Assembly (NCBI GenBank): GCA_973895155.1
Contig: OZ316892.1
Location: 18,714,357-18,778,356 of the forward strand
Reading direction: 5' to 3'
Length of the DNA: 64,000 nt
Source: Marsupella aquatica
Taxonomy: Eukaryota > Plantae > Marchantiophyta
Shown: positions 1 through 11,536 of the stretch, piece after piece
Layout of the letters: every line of letters begins with the position of its first letter
Numbering within the stretch: the first letter of the stretch is position 1
The notes under the pieces: generated by a model
Databases searched by the model: none
Seen by the model: only the letters and a program-made list of their open reading frames with translations
Told to the model about the DNA's origin: nothing
Made by a program: the position numbers and the translations under genes

Positions 1-2990
1 AGGCCCCAAAGAGTCATATTGTCCATGGTATGTAGGACTGCACTATTGACATCATGAATGACCCCTATTTGTGTCATTTGCTCATATGACATCCCCTGGC
101 ACTGCATAAATGACAAAAACTTTTAGTCAATCGCACAAATGACTCTATATCCCTTGCAAATGACAAAATGCAAGTGGTTTGCACCCCTTTGGACAAATGA
201 CTCCAAAGTCATACAACTTGGGAGTGTTTTGCCCAAAGTTGGGCCATGCCCTTCCATGATGCAAAATGTGTGTGTTAAAAAGTGTTGTGGAGGCTTTAAC
301 CCTAACTAGTGGCCCAAGGTTGGTGAGTACCCTGTGGCACACCATGTGGAGTGGGTAGCATCCCTAATGGTGGGCTACAATCATGGATATGGCCAGTCGA
401 CCCCCGGAGGCCCCAAAGAGTCATATTGTCCATGGCATGCAGGACTGCAACAGTGACATCATGAATGACCCCTATTTGTGTCATTTGCTCATATGACATC
501 CCCTGGCACTGCATAAATGACAAAAACTTTTAGTCAATCGCACAAATGACTCTATATCCCTTGCAAATGACAAAATGCAAGTGGTTTGCACCCCTTTGGG
601 CAAATGACTCCAAAGTCATACAACTTGGGAGTGTTTTGCCCAAAGTTGGGCCATGCCCTTCCATGATGCAAAATGTGTGTGTTAAAAAGTGTTGTGGAGG
701 CTTTAACCCTAACTAGTGGCCCAAGGTTGGTGAGTACCCTGTGGCACACCATGTGGAGTGGGTAGCATCCCTAATGGTGGGCTACAATCATGGATATGGC
801 CAGTCGACCCCCGGAGGCCCCAAAGAGTCATATTGTCCATGGCATGCAGGACTGCAACAGTGACATCATGAATGACCCCTATTTGTGTCATTTGCTCATA
901 TGACATCCCCTGGCACTGCATAAATGACAAAAACTTTTAGTCAATCGCACAAATGACTCTATATCCCTTGCAAATGACAAAATGCAAGTGGTTTGCACCC
1001 CTTTGGGCAAATGACTCCAAAGTCATACAACTTGGGAGTGTTTTGCCCAAAGTTGGGCCATGCCCTTCCATGATGCAAAATGTGTGTGTTAAAAAGTGTT
1101 GTGGAGGCTTTAACCCTAACTAGTGGCCCAAGGTTGGTGAGTACCCTGTGGCACACCATGTGGAGTGGGTAGCATCCCTAATGGTGGGCTACAATCATGG
1201 ATATGGCCAGTCGACCCCCGGAGGCCCCAAAGAGTCATATTGTCCATGGCATGCAGGACTGCAACAGTGACATCATGAATGACCTATTTTTGTGTCATTT
1301 GCATGAATGTCGTCTCCCAACACTCCCTAAATGACACAAACCCTTAGTCACGTGCACAAATGACTTTAGATCCCTTGCCAATGACGAACAATAGTGGTTT
1401 GCACCCCTTTGGGCAAATGACTCCAAAGTCATACAACTTGGGAGTGTTTTGCCCAAAGTTGGGCCATGCCCTTCCATGATGCAAAATGTGTGTGTTAAAA
1501 AGTGTTGTGGAGGCTTTAACCCTAACTAGTGGCCCAAGGTTGGTGAGTACCCTGTGGCACACCATGTGGAGTGGGTAGCATCCCTAATGGTGGGCTACAA
1601 TCATGGATATGGCCAGTCGACCCCCGGAGGCCCCAAAGAGTCATATTGTCCATGGCATGCAGGACTGCAACAGTGACATCATGAATGACCTATTTTTGTG
1701 TCATTTGCATGAATGTCGTCTCCCAACACTCCCTAAATGACACAAACCCTTAGTCACGTGCACAAATGACTTTAGATCCCTTGCCAATGACGAACAATAG
1801 TGGTTTGCACCCCTTTGGGCAAATGACTCCAAAGTCATACAACTTGGGAGTGTTTTGCCCAAAGTTGGGTGATGCCCTTCCGCAATGTAAAATGTGTGTT
1901 TTAAAAAGTGTTGTGGAGGCCAAGTGGCATAACTAGTGGCTCAGGGTGTACAAGTACCCCATCCCGCACCATGTGGAGTGGGTAGCATCCCTAATGGCCA
2001 GCTGCAATCACAGATATTGCGAATAAGCCCCCAAAGGCCCCAAGGAGTCATATTGTCCATGGCATGCTTGACTGCCGCATTGACATCATCAATGACTTAT
2101 TTTTGTGTCATTTGCTTAAATGACACCCCTCGGCACTCCACAAATGACAAAAACCTTTAGTCACACACACAAATGACTCAAGATCCCTTGCAAATGACCA
2201 AATTAGAATGATTTTCACCCCTTTGGGCAAATGACTCCAAAGTCATACAACTTGGGAGTGTTTTGCCCAAAGTTGGGTGATGCCCTTCCATGATGCAAAA
2301 TGTGTGTTTTAAAAAGTGTTGTGGAGGCCAAGTGGCATAACTAGTGGCTCAGGGTGTACAAGTACTCCATCCCGCACCATGTGGAGTGGGTAGCATCCCT
2401 AATGGCCGGCTACGATCGCGTATATTGCGAATAAGCCCCCAAAGGCCCCAAGGAGTCATATTGTCCATGGCATGCTTGACTGCCGCATTGACATCATCAA
2501 TGACTTGTTTTTGTGTCATTTGCTTAAATGACACCCCTCGGCACTCCACAAATGACAAAAACCTTTAGTCACACGCACAAATGACTCAAGATCCCTTGCA
2601 AATGACCAAATTAGAATGATTTGCACCCCTTTGGGCAAATGACTCCAAAGTCATACAACTTGGGAGTGTTTTGCCCAAAGTTGGGTGATGCCCTTCCATG
2701 ATGCAAAATGTGTATTTTAAAAAGTGTTGTGGAGGCCAAGTGGCATAACTAGTGGCCTAGGGTTGTCAAGTACCCTATCCCGCACCATGTGAAGTGGGTA
2801 TCATCCTTAATGGCCGGCCCCTATCACCAATGGGGTCAATCAGCCACCAAAGGCTCTTAAGGGTCATATTCTGCATGGCATACATGACCACAACATTGAC
2901 ATCCCAAATGACATTTGCATAAATGACATCTAGCGGCACTTGTCAAATGACTAGAAAGTTGAGTGAGAGTAAAAATGATTGGGAATCCTT
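1..2990. repeat. Tandem array of ~407-bp units (about 7 copies in window), CACTA subterminal region
   Basis: Identical ORF translations recur at 145/552/959 (period 407) and near-identical ones at 1936/2344 (period 408). Units are rich in AAATGAC/GTCATTT motifs in both orientations and diverge towards the right. Confidence 0.95.
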
Positions 2991-3842
2991 TGCAAATAAA
3001 ATGAATAATATATTGAAAAAAATGACATGAGCAAATATAGGCATGTAGTACCTAAATTCTAAACCTTAAACCCTAGACCTATGCTAGAGAGTGTTATTTG
3101 GCAACCTTGCATGCCCCCATATATACTCAAACATGTGAAATGTGAATACAGCTTAAGGAATGTAAACACTTCAGGAGTCCTTGGCATATATAGGAAAGAT
3201 GTAATGAATGGGTGCAAGTATATATTTAAATGTACATACTTATTAGAGATTATCAAGCCTTTAAGTTGTACATCAATTTAATGATGAGACTCACAACAAA
3301 AGAAGGCTTGTTAGGTCTCTAAATGTATTTCAAATCTAATATGTGAGTGCCACTAGTCTTTATATATACTACCATACATTTTGGATGACTAATCATACCC
3401 TAAACCCTAAAACATATACTAAACCATAAACCTCAAAATAGTCATATGTTGTTTATCATGTCATTTATCACTTTTGGTTTAAATGACTACTAACATTTTT
3501 AAACACTGATATTTGCATATTTGATTTATTAGTCATTAGTCACCGTCGTCTGAAATGACTTCCCATATGTGAAACACTGGTATGACAGAGTTTTTGTTAA
3601 TTGTGTCATTCACAAAGACTGTCCAAAATGACTACAACTCATGATTGTTGTCATTATAGCAGTCAAAGTCATTTGGCTCATTGGTTTAAATGACACTATT
3701 GCAAGTATTAGTCATTTTTTGCACCCCGTCATTTTGGACAGTCATTTCAATGTCATTTATGTTATGTCATTTACATATTTTGTCATTTGAGCACATAAGT
3801 CATATGTGTCATAGTCATAAAAGGCCCCATTTTCTACTAGTG
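1..3842. mobile_element. Right end of a CACTA (EnSpm) DNA transposon; terminal inverted repeat at ~3823-3842
   Basis: Ends GGCCCCATTTTCTACTAGTG (reverse complement CACTAGTAGAAAATGGGGCC). Dense ATGAC/GTCAT subterminal motifs stop abruptly here. The following TAC is the candidate 3-bp TSD; the other end is outside the window. Confidence 0.88.
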
Positions 3843-3849
3843 TACAGTG

Positions 3850-4410
3850 CTACTGTGAGCTGCTGGTCCGAGCCGCTGCGGCTGCTGCTGCTGCTGCTGT
3901 GAGCCGCTGCTGCAAGGAGGCAAGACCTGCTGCTGCCATAGCCAGCTGCGAGCTCCCAACCGATGCTGCTCATCCCGCTCGCCTCCGGCTCAACTTGCTT
4001 GCCACCTGCTTGCCTGATTGTCGACTTGCTGCTACCGTTTCAAGCTCCCAAGATTTTGTGGCTGCCATAGCCAGCTGCCCCTCGCCTGCTCCTCGACTTG
4101 CTTGAAGCCTCGCTGCTCGACCTCCTCGCTTGCTGCTCGACCTCCTTGCTTGCTGCTTGACCTCCTCGCTTGTTGCTCACCTGATTCTCGACTCGCTGCC
4201 ACCGCTTTGAGCTCTCAAGACTTCGTGGCTGCCATAGCCAGCTGCTTGCCTGCTGCTCAACTCGCTGCCAACCGAGCTACTTGCCTGCTGTTGAACTTGC
4301 TCGCCTGCTGCTCCTCCCACTCCTTGGCTACTGCTCGACTCGCTGCCATAGCATGGGGAAACAAAGCAGCTCGCCTTGCTGCCAATCTTGGCATACTTTG
4401 TGACTGCCAT
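3850..4410. repeat. Low-complexity CTG/CTCGC degenerate repeat region
   Basis: (CTG)n run and recurring GCTGCCATAGCCAGCTGC and CTCGCTTGCTGCTCGAC units; the overlapping ORFs are compositionally biased. Confidence 0.7.
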
Positions 4411-4944
4411 AGCTTTGATCCTGTTTGCTCATCGTTTTATTACTTCATTCTGTCTCGATTTCATTTCAGCTCAATTTGTGGGCAGAAGTGCTGTTGTTTC
4501 TTGCCCTTCTGCTTGCCCGGAAGATGCAGAGCCTGTGCTGCCATTTGTGAGCATTGCTTGTGTTCATTCCGGGGTTCATTCGATTCTACTGTGGCCTAGG
4601 TGGAGTTCCCGGTGCAATACTCTACTCGGATTTTGGCTGGAGTTGAGGCTGCGATTGATCCTAATCAATTTTTGCTCAGGTTTGTGCTTCATTTCTTTTG
4701 CTATTGCTGCCATTTTTGTTCATAGAATTTCAGCAGCAAGTTGCTGCAATTTCAGTTTCTCATATGTCTATGTTGCGCTCTCTGCTGTGAGGATTTCAGT
4801 TGTTGCAAGTGCTGTGAGAGTTTTCGGTGTTGATCCTGCTATTTTTGCCGTGACAACAGGGTGTCATTTTCAATTTACATTCTTTGCTAATGTTGGGCAA
4901 GAGCAGCAAGTGACATTGAATGTGATTGTTCTTGTGTCAGGAAG

Positions 4945-5343
4945 ATGGCACCGACTAGAAAATTGAGAGCCATGTTGACTGAAAATGGCAATGGGATCTA
5001 CAATTTGACCTGGCAGGATCCTAGTGATGTTGAGGGCACTCCACCCACTGTCCGGACTGTCACTCTGCAAGAGGTCCTTGCTGATTTTCCAGATTTTTGT
5101 ACCGCAATTACAGAGTGTCACAGTGATCTCAACCCTGTAGTCCCAATTGAACAGTTGATCATGTGCGCTGCATATAGTTATGTTGAAACTGTCATGAGAA
5201 GGAAGAGATACCAAGTCTACACTCACTTGGCCTACGTAGCAGGGTATGCCGAGAGAACTAAGTTTCCTGAACCTGTTGAAGCTTCTGTGAAAGCAACTTG
5301 GCATGATGAAGGAGAGGAATTCGTAGGATTCCTTGCTAATTAG
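4945..5343 (+). CDS. KolX-like protein (P2X7 intracellular ballast-domain-like), second gene of a Kolobok-like element
   Basis: 132-aa ORF ending RRKRYQVYTHLAYVAGYAERTKFPEPVEASVKATWHDEGEEFVGF, matching the R-x-x-x-Y...G...R...P-x-x-V...(I/V)(R/K)-x-x-(F/W)...(Y/F)-x-GF pattern of that family; convergent with the transposase. Confidence 0.65.
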   Translation: MAPTRKLRAMLTENGNGIYNLTWQDPSDVEGTPPTVRTVTLQEVLADFPDFCTAITECHSDLNPVVPIEQLIMCAAYSYVETVMRRKRYQVYTHLAYVAGYAERTKFPEPVEASVKATWHDEGEEFVGFLAN

Positions 5344-5999
5344 GGATAGAGTGGCTTCTACCATACTTCATGTTTTTCTTTCAATGTTTGATATGACTAA
5401 TAAAGTTTTTTGCAGAATACAACTCCTGCTGGTTGGCAGCATAAGGGGTTCAATTCCCCTTGGGAGTACATGTTACATCAACACAATAACAAATTTGCAT
5501 GAGAAATACTTTGTTCTATCTTACTTACATTCTCCCTAGCTTGTATTATCTTCATTTCTTCTTTCCCAAATGTCGCATTTCTCAAAAGTTGGTAGTATAT
5601 CCTACAACACAAGAAAGGTCCTCCTCCAGTCTATTGTGCATGTCGACCAAACTACTTTTCTCACCAAACACTAAGTGTTTCATGTTCAAACTGCAAGATT
5701 TCCTTGTAGTGATGGGTCATTGGGGTCGGCACCCTGAAAATTTGCCTCATTGTAGTCTCTAAAATGGCACTCTATAGTCTATGAAATGACACCCATAAAA
5801 TTTTGCTCATTTCTCTAAAATGACACTCTGAAATATGAAATATTGTTCCACCACAATAAACACTTCACATTTGTTTGACCACAACAAGAACTTCATAGTT
5901 ACAAGATCAGTCACAAAATAACACCAAAAAGACAAAATAAAAATTTCCAATGTTCATAGCTCTCATATGAGAGTCAAAAGCTCCATCCATAGCTCTTGC

Positions 6000-8900
6000 C
6001 TTCAGTCCCAACACTACTGGTGCGAGGTCATCATTTTTCTAGTCAGGTCTCGGCCCTCCTCAAGAGAATCACCCCTACAACAATGACAACCATTTTAGAG
6101 GTAGTTACACAATGACAACCATTTTACAGCCATTGAAATGATATCTATTTCAATGAACTAATTTTATTATTTGTCTATACTCACATGAAGTATGTTAGCC
6201 GAGGTCTTTTATGGAGGGTTGGCACCACTCCATAAGTACACTGACAACTATGTTCACCATGTCTCAACCCTCCTGCATAAATCTCCCACAAAATTGTACA
6301 TTATAATATTAATAATTGTCATCAACATCGATCTAGCAATATGCTTACATTGCCACTTGTAAAAGACAATTAGCTCATCACATTACTTTACCTTGGTTCT
6401 AAGATGGAGGTGGAACTCCATAAATACGCTCACTCGTTCGGTCCTTCCAATTAGTGGTCCGGTCCACCAACACTCGAGTTCGACCAGGACGCTCTCTAAT
6501 AGCAGTATTCACGGGCGTGCGATGGTAGACCTTCCATACATGTCGGCGGATATTCTCATTCCAATCAAGGGCAGCACAACACAAGCGAGCCTCATGAGTA
6601 GCCGAGAAATGAATACGCTTGATGGCATACTTGCCCATCACAGAGTGATAGGTCTCTGACATGAAGTTCTCCCGAGCCATCGTATAAAACCTCATCTTGG
6701 AAGGAGTAATATACTTCTTCATGAACTTTTGCATGGCCAAGTGAGTCTCGCCACCTACATGCACAAAACCCACTGACATTGTGAATAATGGGACCCAACA
6801 ATAACACCCAAATGATATCAGGACAACTATAGTAAGTCACATTCATTTGTACCTCGCTCATAATAACGGTCAACCTGGATGGCTCCAGGGTCTCCAAGAT
6901 GCTGACAAGGTCTATCCGATAGTCTTGCACATAATGCATGATCGCCAGCCCAATGATCGGCACAGTTTCCCAACTCAAAGGCCAATGACTCTGCATCTCC
7001 CCCACTGCCAAACAAAGAAATACTCAAAACTCTATTATAAATGCTACTACACTTCAACCCATATGACAACAATTACACATAAAATGCAAAATTCAAGAAG
7101 TCACACCATGCATAAAAAGTTCACATACCTGGTCCTACAGCGTCGACAACATACATAGAACCATGTCTTCAATTTTGTGGCCAAGTTATGCTGAGATAAC
7201 TCTGGATACTTTTGACCACGAGTCTGAATGTGTACTAGCTCCTCATCAGGTAACCCACGCATGTCAGCAACTTTGTGGACCAGCCCCTCCTTCCTAAGGG
7301 TGGAGTACCCTCTCACTCCCTGTGCTTTCAACCAATCTTGCAACTTTTTAGCAGTAACCGCTTGGAGCTGAGAACGAGATGTGGCAGTATCGATGTCAAT
7401 AGTAATAGTGTATGTGACGCTCACCATCTTCTCCACAAACTTTTTGACCAGGTTCTTAGCCTTATGCCATAGGTCTTTCTGGTTCCTAATCCCCATATCC
7501 TCCACAATATTATCAATAGTGGCTTTATCATCATGGATAACCTCTGTGATAGATATCCCTGCCTCTCTCAAACTATCCAATGCCTTTTTGGTACCCTTGT
7601 CCTCCATGTACCAGGCATTTCTCTCCTCTCGCCGAGTAATTGTGACCATCTCAATTACTCTATTATCTTCAGTGTTGAGGATAGAGGTGGTACCATGAAA
7701 ACCACTCCGAGAAGAATCCCAACGAGTATCGAGATACACCACCAACCCTGGATCTGTGTCAAACCACACACAAGTACTAAGAATAAAAATTTAGGAGAAA
7801 TTGCATCATGATACTAGAAATTTATGACTGGTCTTCTAGGGGAACTAACTTACTAACTTGTCTCAGTCGTCCGTCGATGCTGAAGCTGGTCCTTCAGCTG
7901 CTCCCATAGATGATTTTTGTCTTCCTTCCACTCTTGCTTCACAGCTGCTATCCATCCACCTTGGGGTCGCCCACGACCACTCTGAAAGTCATGCCAATGA
8001 CCCGCAGTAGGGACATGTAATCCTAGGTGCGAGGTAACAGAAGCCAAGGATGTGTAGGTCAATCCGGAGCAAAGGGTAGAATGATATAACTTGGGAGTAA
8101 TCATGGGGGAACTCCTCCCTGGCTCATTGTCACCTGTAACAAAGGTCCAACCATGTCCATCCACACCACAACCAATGTGAATTGACCATAACTGATGCAA
8201 CTCCCTAACACGCTCAACTATTGGAGTCCTCAAACATCCCTGTACATGACATCGAGGGAGTAGCCGATCAACAAACGTAACCAGTAAATGGCGATCAAAA
8301 AACCCTACTGTAGCTGGCCGACGGGGTGGTGCTCTACGAGTCGGCTGAGAGTCCGGAACTGGAGTGGGCTGAGAGTCCGGAACTGGAGTGGGCTGAGAGT
8401 CCAGAACTGGAGTGGGCTGAGAGTCCGGAACTGGAGCCGAGTGAGATTCCGGAACGGGAGATGGCTGAATGTCCGGAATTGGAGATGCCTCCTGATATAA
8501 TAAATCCACAATCTTATGTCAATAATTATTTTTGATTTTTCTACAAAGTTTTTGAAAAGGTGATGGTCATGAAAGATCTCATACCTGAAAGGTATCCCCA
8601 TCCACAATGTCCAAGGCCCCTAGAGCTGCAAGAGCAACTGGGTCATCATCTTGATAAAGAGCGTCATCCTCCGCATCTGAGGCATATTGCTCCGCATTAT
8701 GTTCCTCCAAGACCTCATCCTCTACTCTATCTGAATCCCCTGCCTCATGTTGGGCAGTCTGCAAATAGTACAAAGGTGAAGTTTAGCAATGAATAGAACC
8801 CTAAAAGGTTACTAAACCCTAAAGTTGTAAAGTACCAAATTATGAGCAACACCCATATGTTTGAGTTGTGAAAAATATTGTAGTAATAATATGACTGTGG

Positions 8901-9587
8901 TAACCCTAAAACATATGAAATTTTTTTATTCATGTGTTGGGGTTTCTTACAACAAAACAAACCCTAACTTTGGCAAACCCTAAACTGTATTTATTAGTAA
9001 TGACATATTTTCATGGATGTGAGTTAGGTGAGTATATAGGGGCTCATTACAAAACATAATTATAACTTAGCAAAACTATGCTCAATTGTCATAATCCAAC
9101 CCTAAACCATAAAATGGTGAAATTGAAGGAAGGGGACTGTTGGCCGAAATAAAATAGGAACACATGGATACATATATGAATGACACCATAAAAGAGACAA
9201 TTGTACCTGAAGTGGTGGGCGTGAAGGCTGGCCACGGTCATGCTCAGCTGCGGCTGGAGGTGCTTCGTCCCCGGGTTCGTCCCCCATCAATTGAGTGGCC
9301 TCCGCTATACGCCATGCACGGAGTTCCTCAACCCCAGGTCGCGAGTGATCTAGTAACCATGTGACCACAGTAGAATGCGTGGTATCTGGTCCAAGCAAAG
9401 CTCTAAGGTCCTCCCACTCATCCCACCGCTCAAGTGGGACCCGGATTTCTGGCTTGGCATGCGGTCTCCGTCTCTTCTTATAATCTATATCATCACTCGG
9501 ATACCGTCGCCTGGGTGGACCACCCCCTCGTTGGGGACGTTTCCGCCTCCCATCCAGAAGATTGGGGGGGCGCCCCCCTGTGCTCAT
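6000..9587 (-). CDS. Multi-exon Kolobok-type (Mutator-like domain) DDE transposase with SAP/Rho-N-like insert
   Basis: Motifs LDTRWDS, MEDKG, VIHDD, KDLWHKAKN and SETYHSVMGKYAIKRIHFS...ARLCCAALDWNEN. GT-AG exons about 9587-9207, 8758-8585, 8491-7860, 7755-7128, 7005-6852, 6753-6392 plus small 3' exons; the 3' end is approximate. Confidence 0.8.
8340..8485 (-). repeat. 24-bp coding minisatellite (PVPDSQPT x ~5)
   Basis: Repeated GAGTCCGGAACTGGAGTGGGCTGA inside the transposase exon. Confidence 0.9.
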
Positions 9588-11536
9588 ACTGTCCTATCCT
9601 AACACCACCCTGTGAAAATGTACCTAAAACCTAAAAATAAAACCTTACATATGAGAACTAGAGACCGGATGCCAAGCCCAACCCAGTGAACAAACACAAA
9701 ATTACACAAAACAGTGCAAAGTCAAAAATGGAGAGGAAGAATAGGAAGGAGCACTAGACCTCTTGGAGTCCACTTGTGAGTATGACACCCCAACCCTCCC
9801 CCCCCTACCAAGACCCCCTCCTCCCTCCTCCGTTGTCCTCCCCACCTCCCCTCCACGGCTGATCACCTTGGCTGGAACAGAAACCCTAATCCCATGCTCT
9901 GGCCGCCACATTTTTGACCCCATAGAGGGGACTTTCCCAAAAAACAATGTCACATGAACTGCAAGGATTCAAACTCAGGACCACCTGGGTGGGAGGCAGG
10001 GGTTTGGACCATCATGCTAGGGGAGATATTCAAAGTTGCAGATTCCTAAACTGTATATGAGCTAGTAGGCTGCGCCTCAGCCCTGGCCACTTCCCTGTTC
10101 TCCCGGCCTGCACCCCGCTTTCTCCCTGGCACCCGACACTTTATCACACCAGGTGTCCCCTGCCCGGCCTGCCCGTAAATTTGAATTTCAAATTTACCTC
10201 CCCACCCAATCAGAAGCCCCCGTTTGTTTTTCAGTATTTTCTCGTTCATTTTGGATCATTTTCTAGTGCGGATTTTTCTGGGACGTAGATCTCAGCGAGA
10301 TCTTCAAAATGAGCCGTAGATCGTTCAGTTTCATGGGCGGATGAGATTATGGCAGCGGTCGATCGGAGGGCTACCGATGGGCGCCCGTCCGCACTCGCGA
10401 GCATGCGGTTTCTGGAGTGAGTACTCCGGGTCACCCGGAGTACTTATATTACGAATTGTGATTTAACAGCAATCCCCACTTGGTTTGATAGCATTTTGGT
10501 TCGCCATTTGTGTAAACTACCAGATTCCTAGCTAACCATGATGACTTTTTGTTTGTTTTGGCTTAATGACTTTTTGTTTTTTTCTGCTTAAGCCACCTGT
10601 TGTACTGACTTAATAAAGCAAAATTTCTGATTCCCAACTATGACGGCTTCTGTTTGTCTGTTGTGTAGTACGCCAGAGCCACCTGTTATACGGACTGAGT
10701 AAAGCTAAATTTCTGATTCCCCACTATGACGGCTACGCTAAAGCCACCTGGACTTAATTAAATTAAACAATAATTTCAAGAGCATCTTAGCAACGCGCGG
10801 CGGCATTCTGACAAAACAGTCTACTAAGTTAATCGCTAGTAAAGCGCATCTGTACGTAGATTAGGCAGCTATACTCTCACACATATATATATGCTACGAA
10901 GCTAACAATTACTAAAGAGCATCTCTAGATCAGGCTAATATACTAGCATACATATATACACGTAGTATGCAGTGTTCTACTGGTCAATTAATAGCCTAGT
11001 TCTTTATAGCTAGTTGTGCACTAGATTAATTAGTCTTCATTACTAGAACTGTGTAGGACGTACATCCAGGAATCGAGCCTTGTACTTATTTGTCATTCAG
11101 AATTGAAATTTAACTTACGCGCGAGATTAGTGTTTAATGAAAGATTTGAAATTTTAATTGCCTTGCTTCCTCCAGCCGGCCTTTATCAAAATAAAGTGAT
11201 TTCAAATTGCAAGACGTCTACGTTTCAACTTTGACCTTCTAATTACTTATTATTGAGAATTGTAATTTGCCTCACGCGCGAGATCGAAAATTAAAGAGAT
11301 TTGAATGTGTAACTACCTTGCTCCTTCCAGCCGCACCTTGAACTAATTAACAAGAACTATTTCAAATTCTAAGATTGCCTTAGCTAGGCGCGCGCAAAGA
11401 TGATTCTCAGTTTGAGAAAGGATAGGACTGTCGGGTCAAGCCCATGTTTAACGCGTTCAGGGCCTGATTCAGTTTCATTGTCTATGATTCTCTTTCACAT
11501 TTGAGAGCCATCTCAATCTTGCTCAATTCTAGAATC

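Larger units (their letters stand above)
3843..10444 (-). mobile_element. Kolobok-like DNA transposon (left part probably interrupted by the CACTA element); boundaries approximate
   Basis: Convergent transposase plus KolX-like gene, GC-rich terminal region and a hairpin at 10420-10444; no TIR/TSD pair visible. Confidence 0.55.

Noticed and set aside
145-2568. Repeated 60-74 aa ORFs
   Set aside because: By-products of the 407-bp tandem repeat; no protein motif. Not a CRISPR array, as there are no unique spacers.
3899-4966. Long overlapping ORFs (193 and 196 aa)
   Set aside because: Low-complexity, stop-poor repeat and leader sequence with biased composition.
8790-8990. AAACCCT telomere-like motifs (also ~3060-3430)
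   Set aside because: Scattered telo-box-like copies, not a tandem telomeric array.
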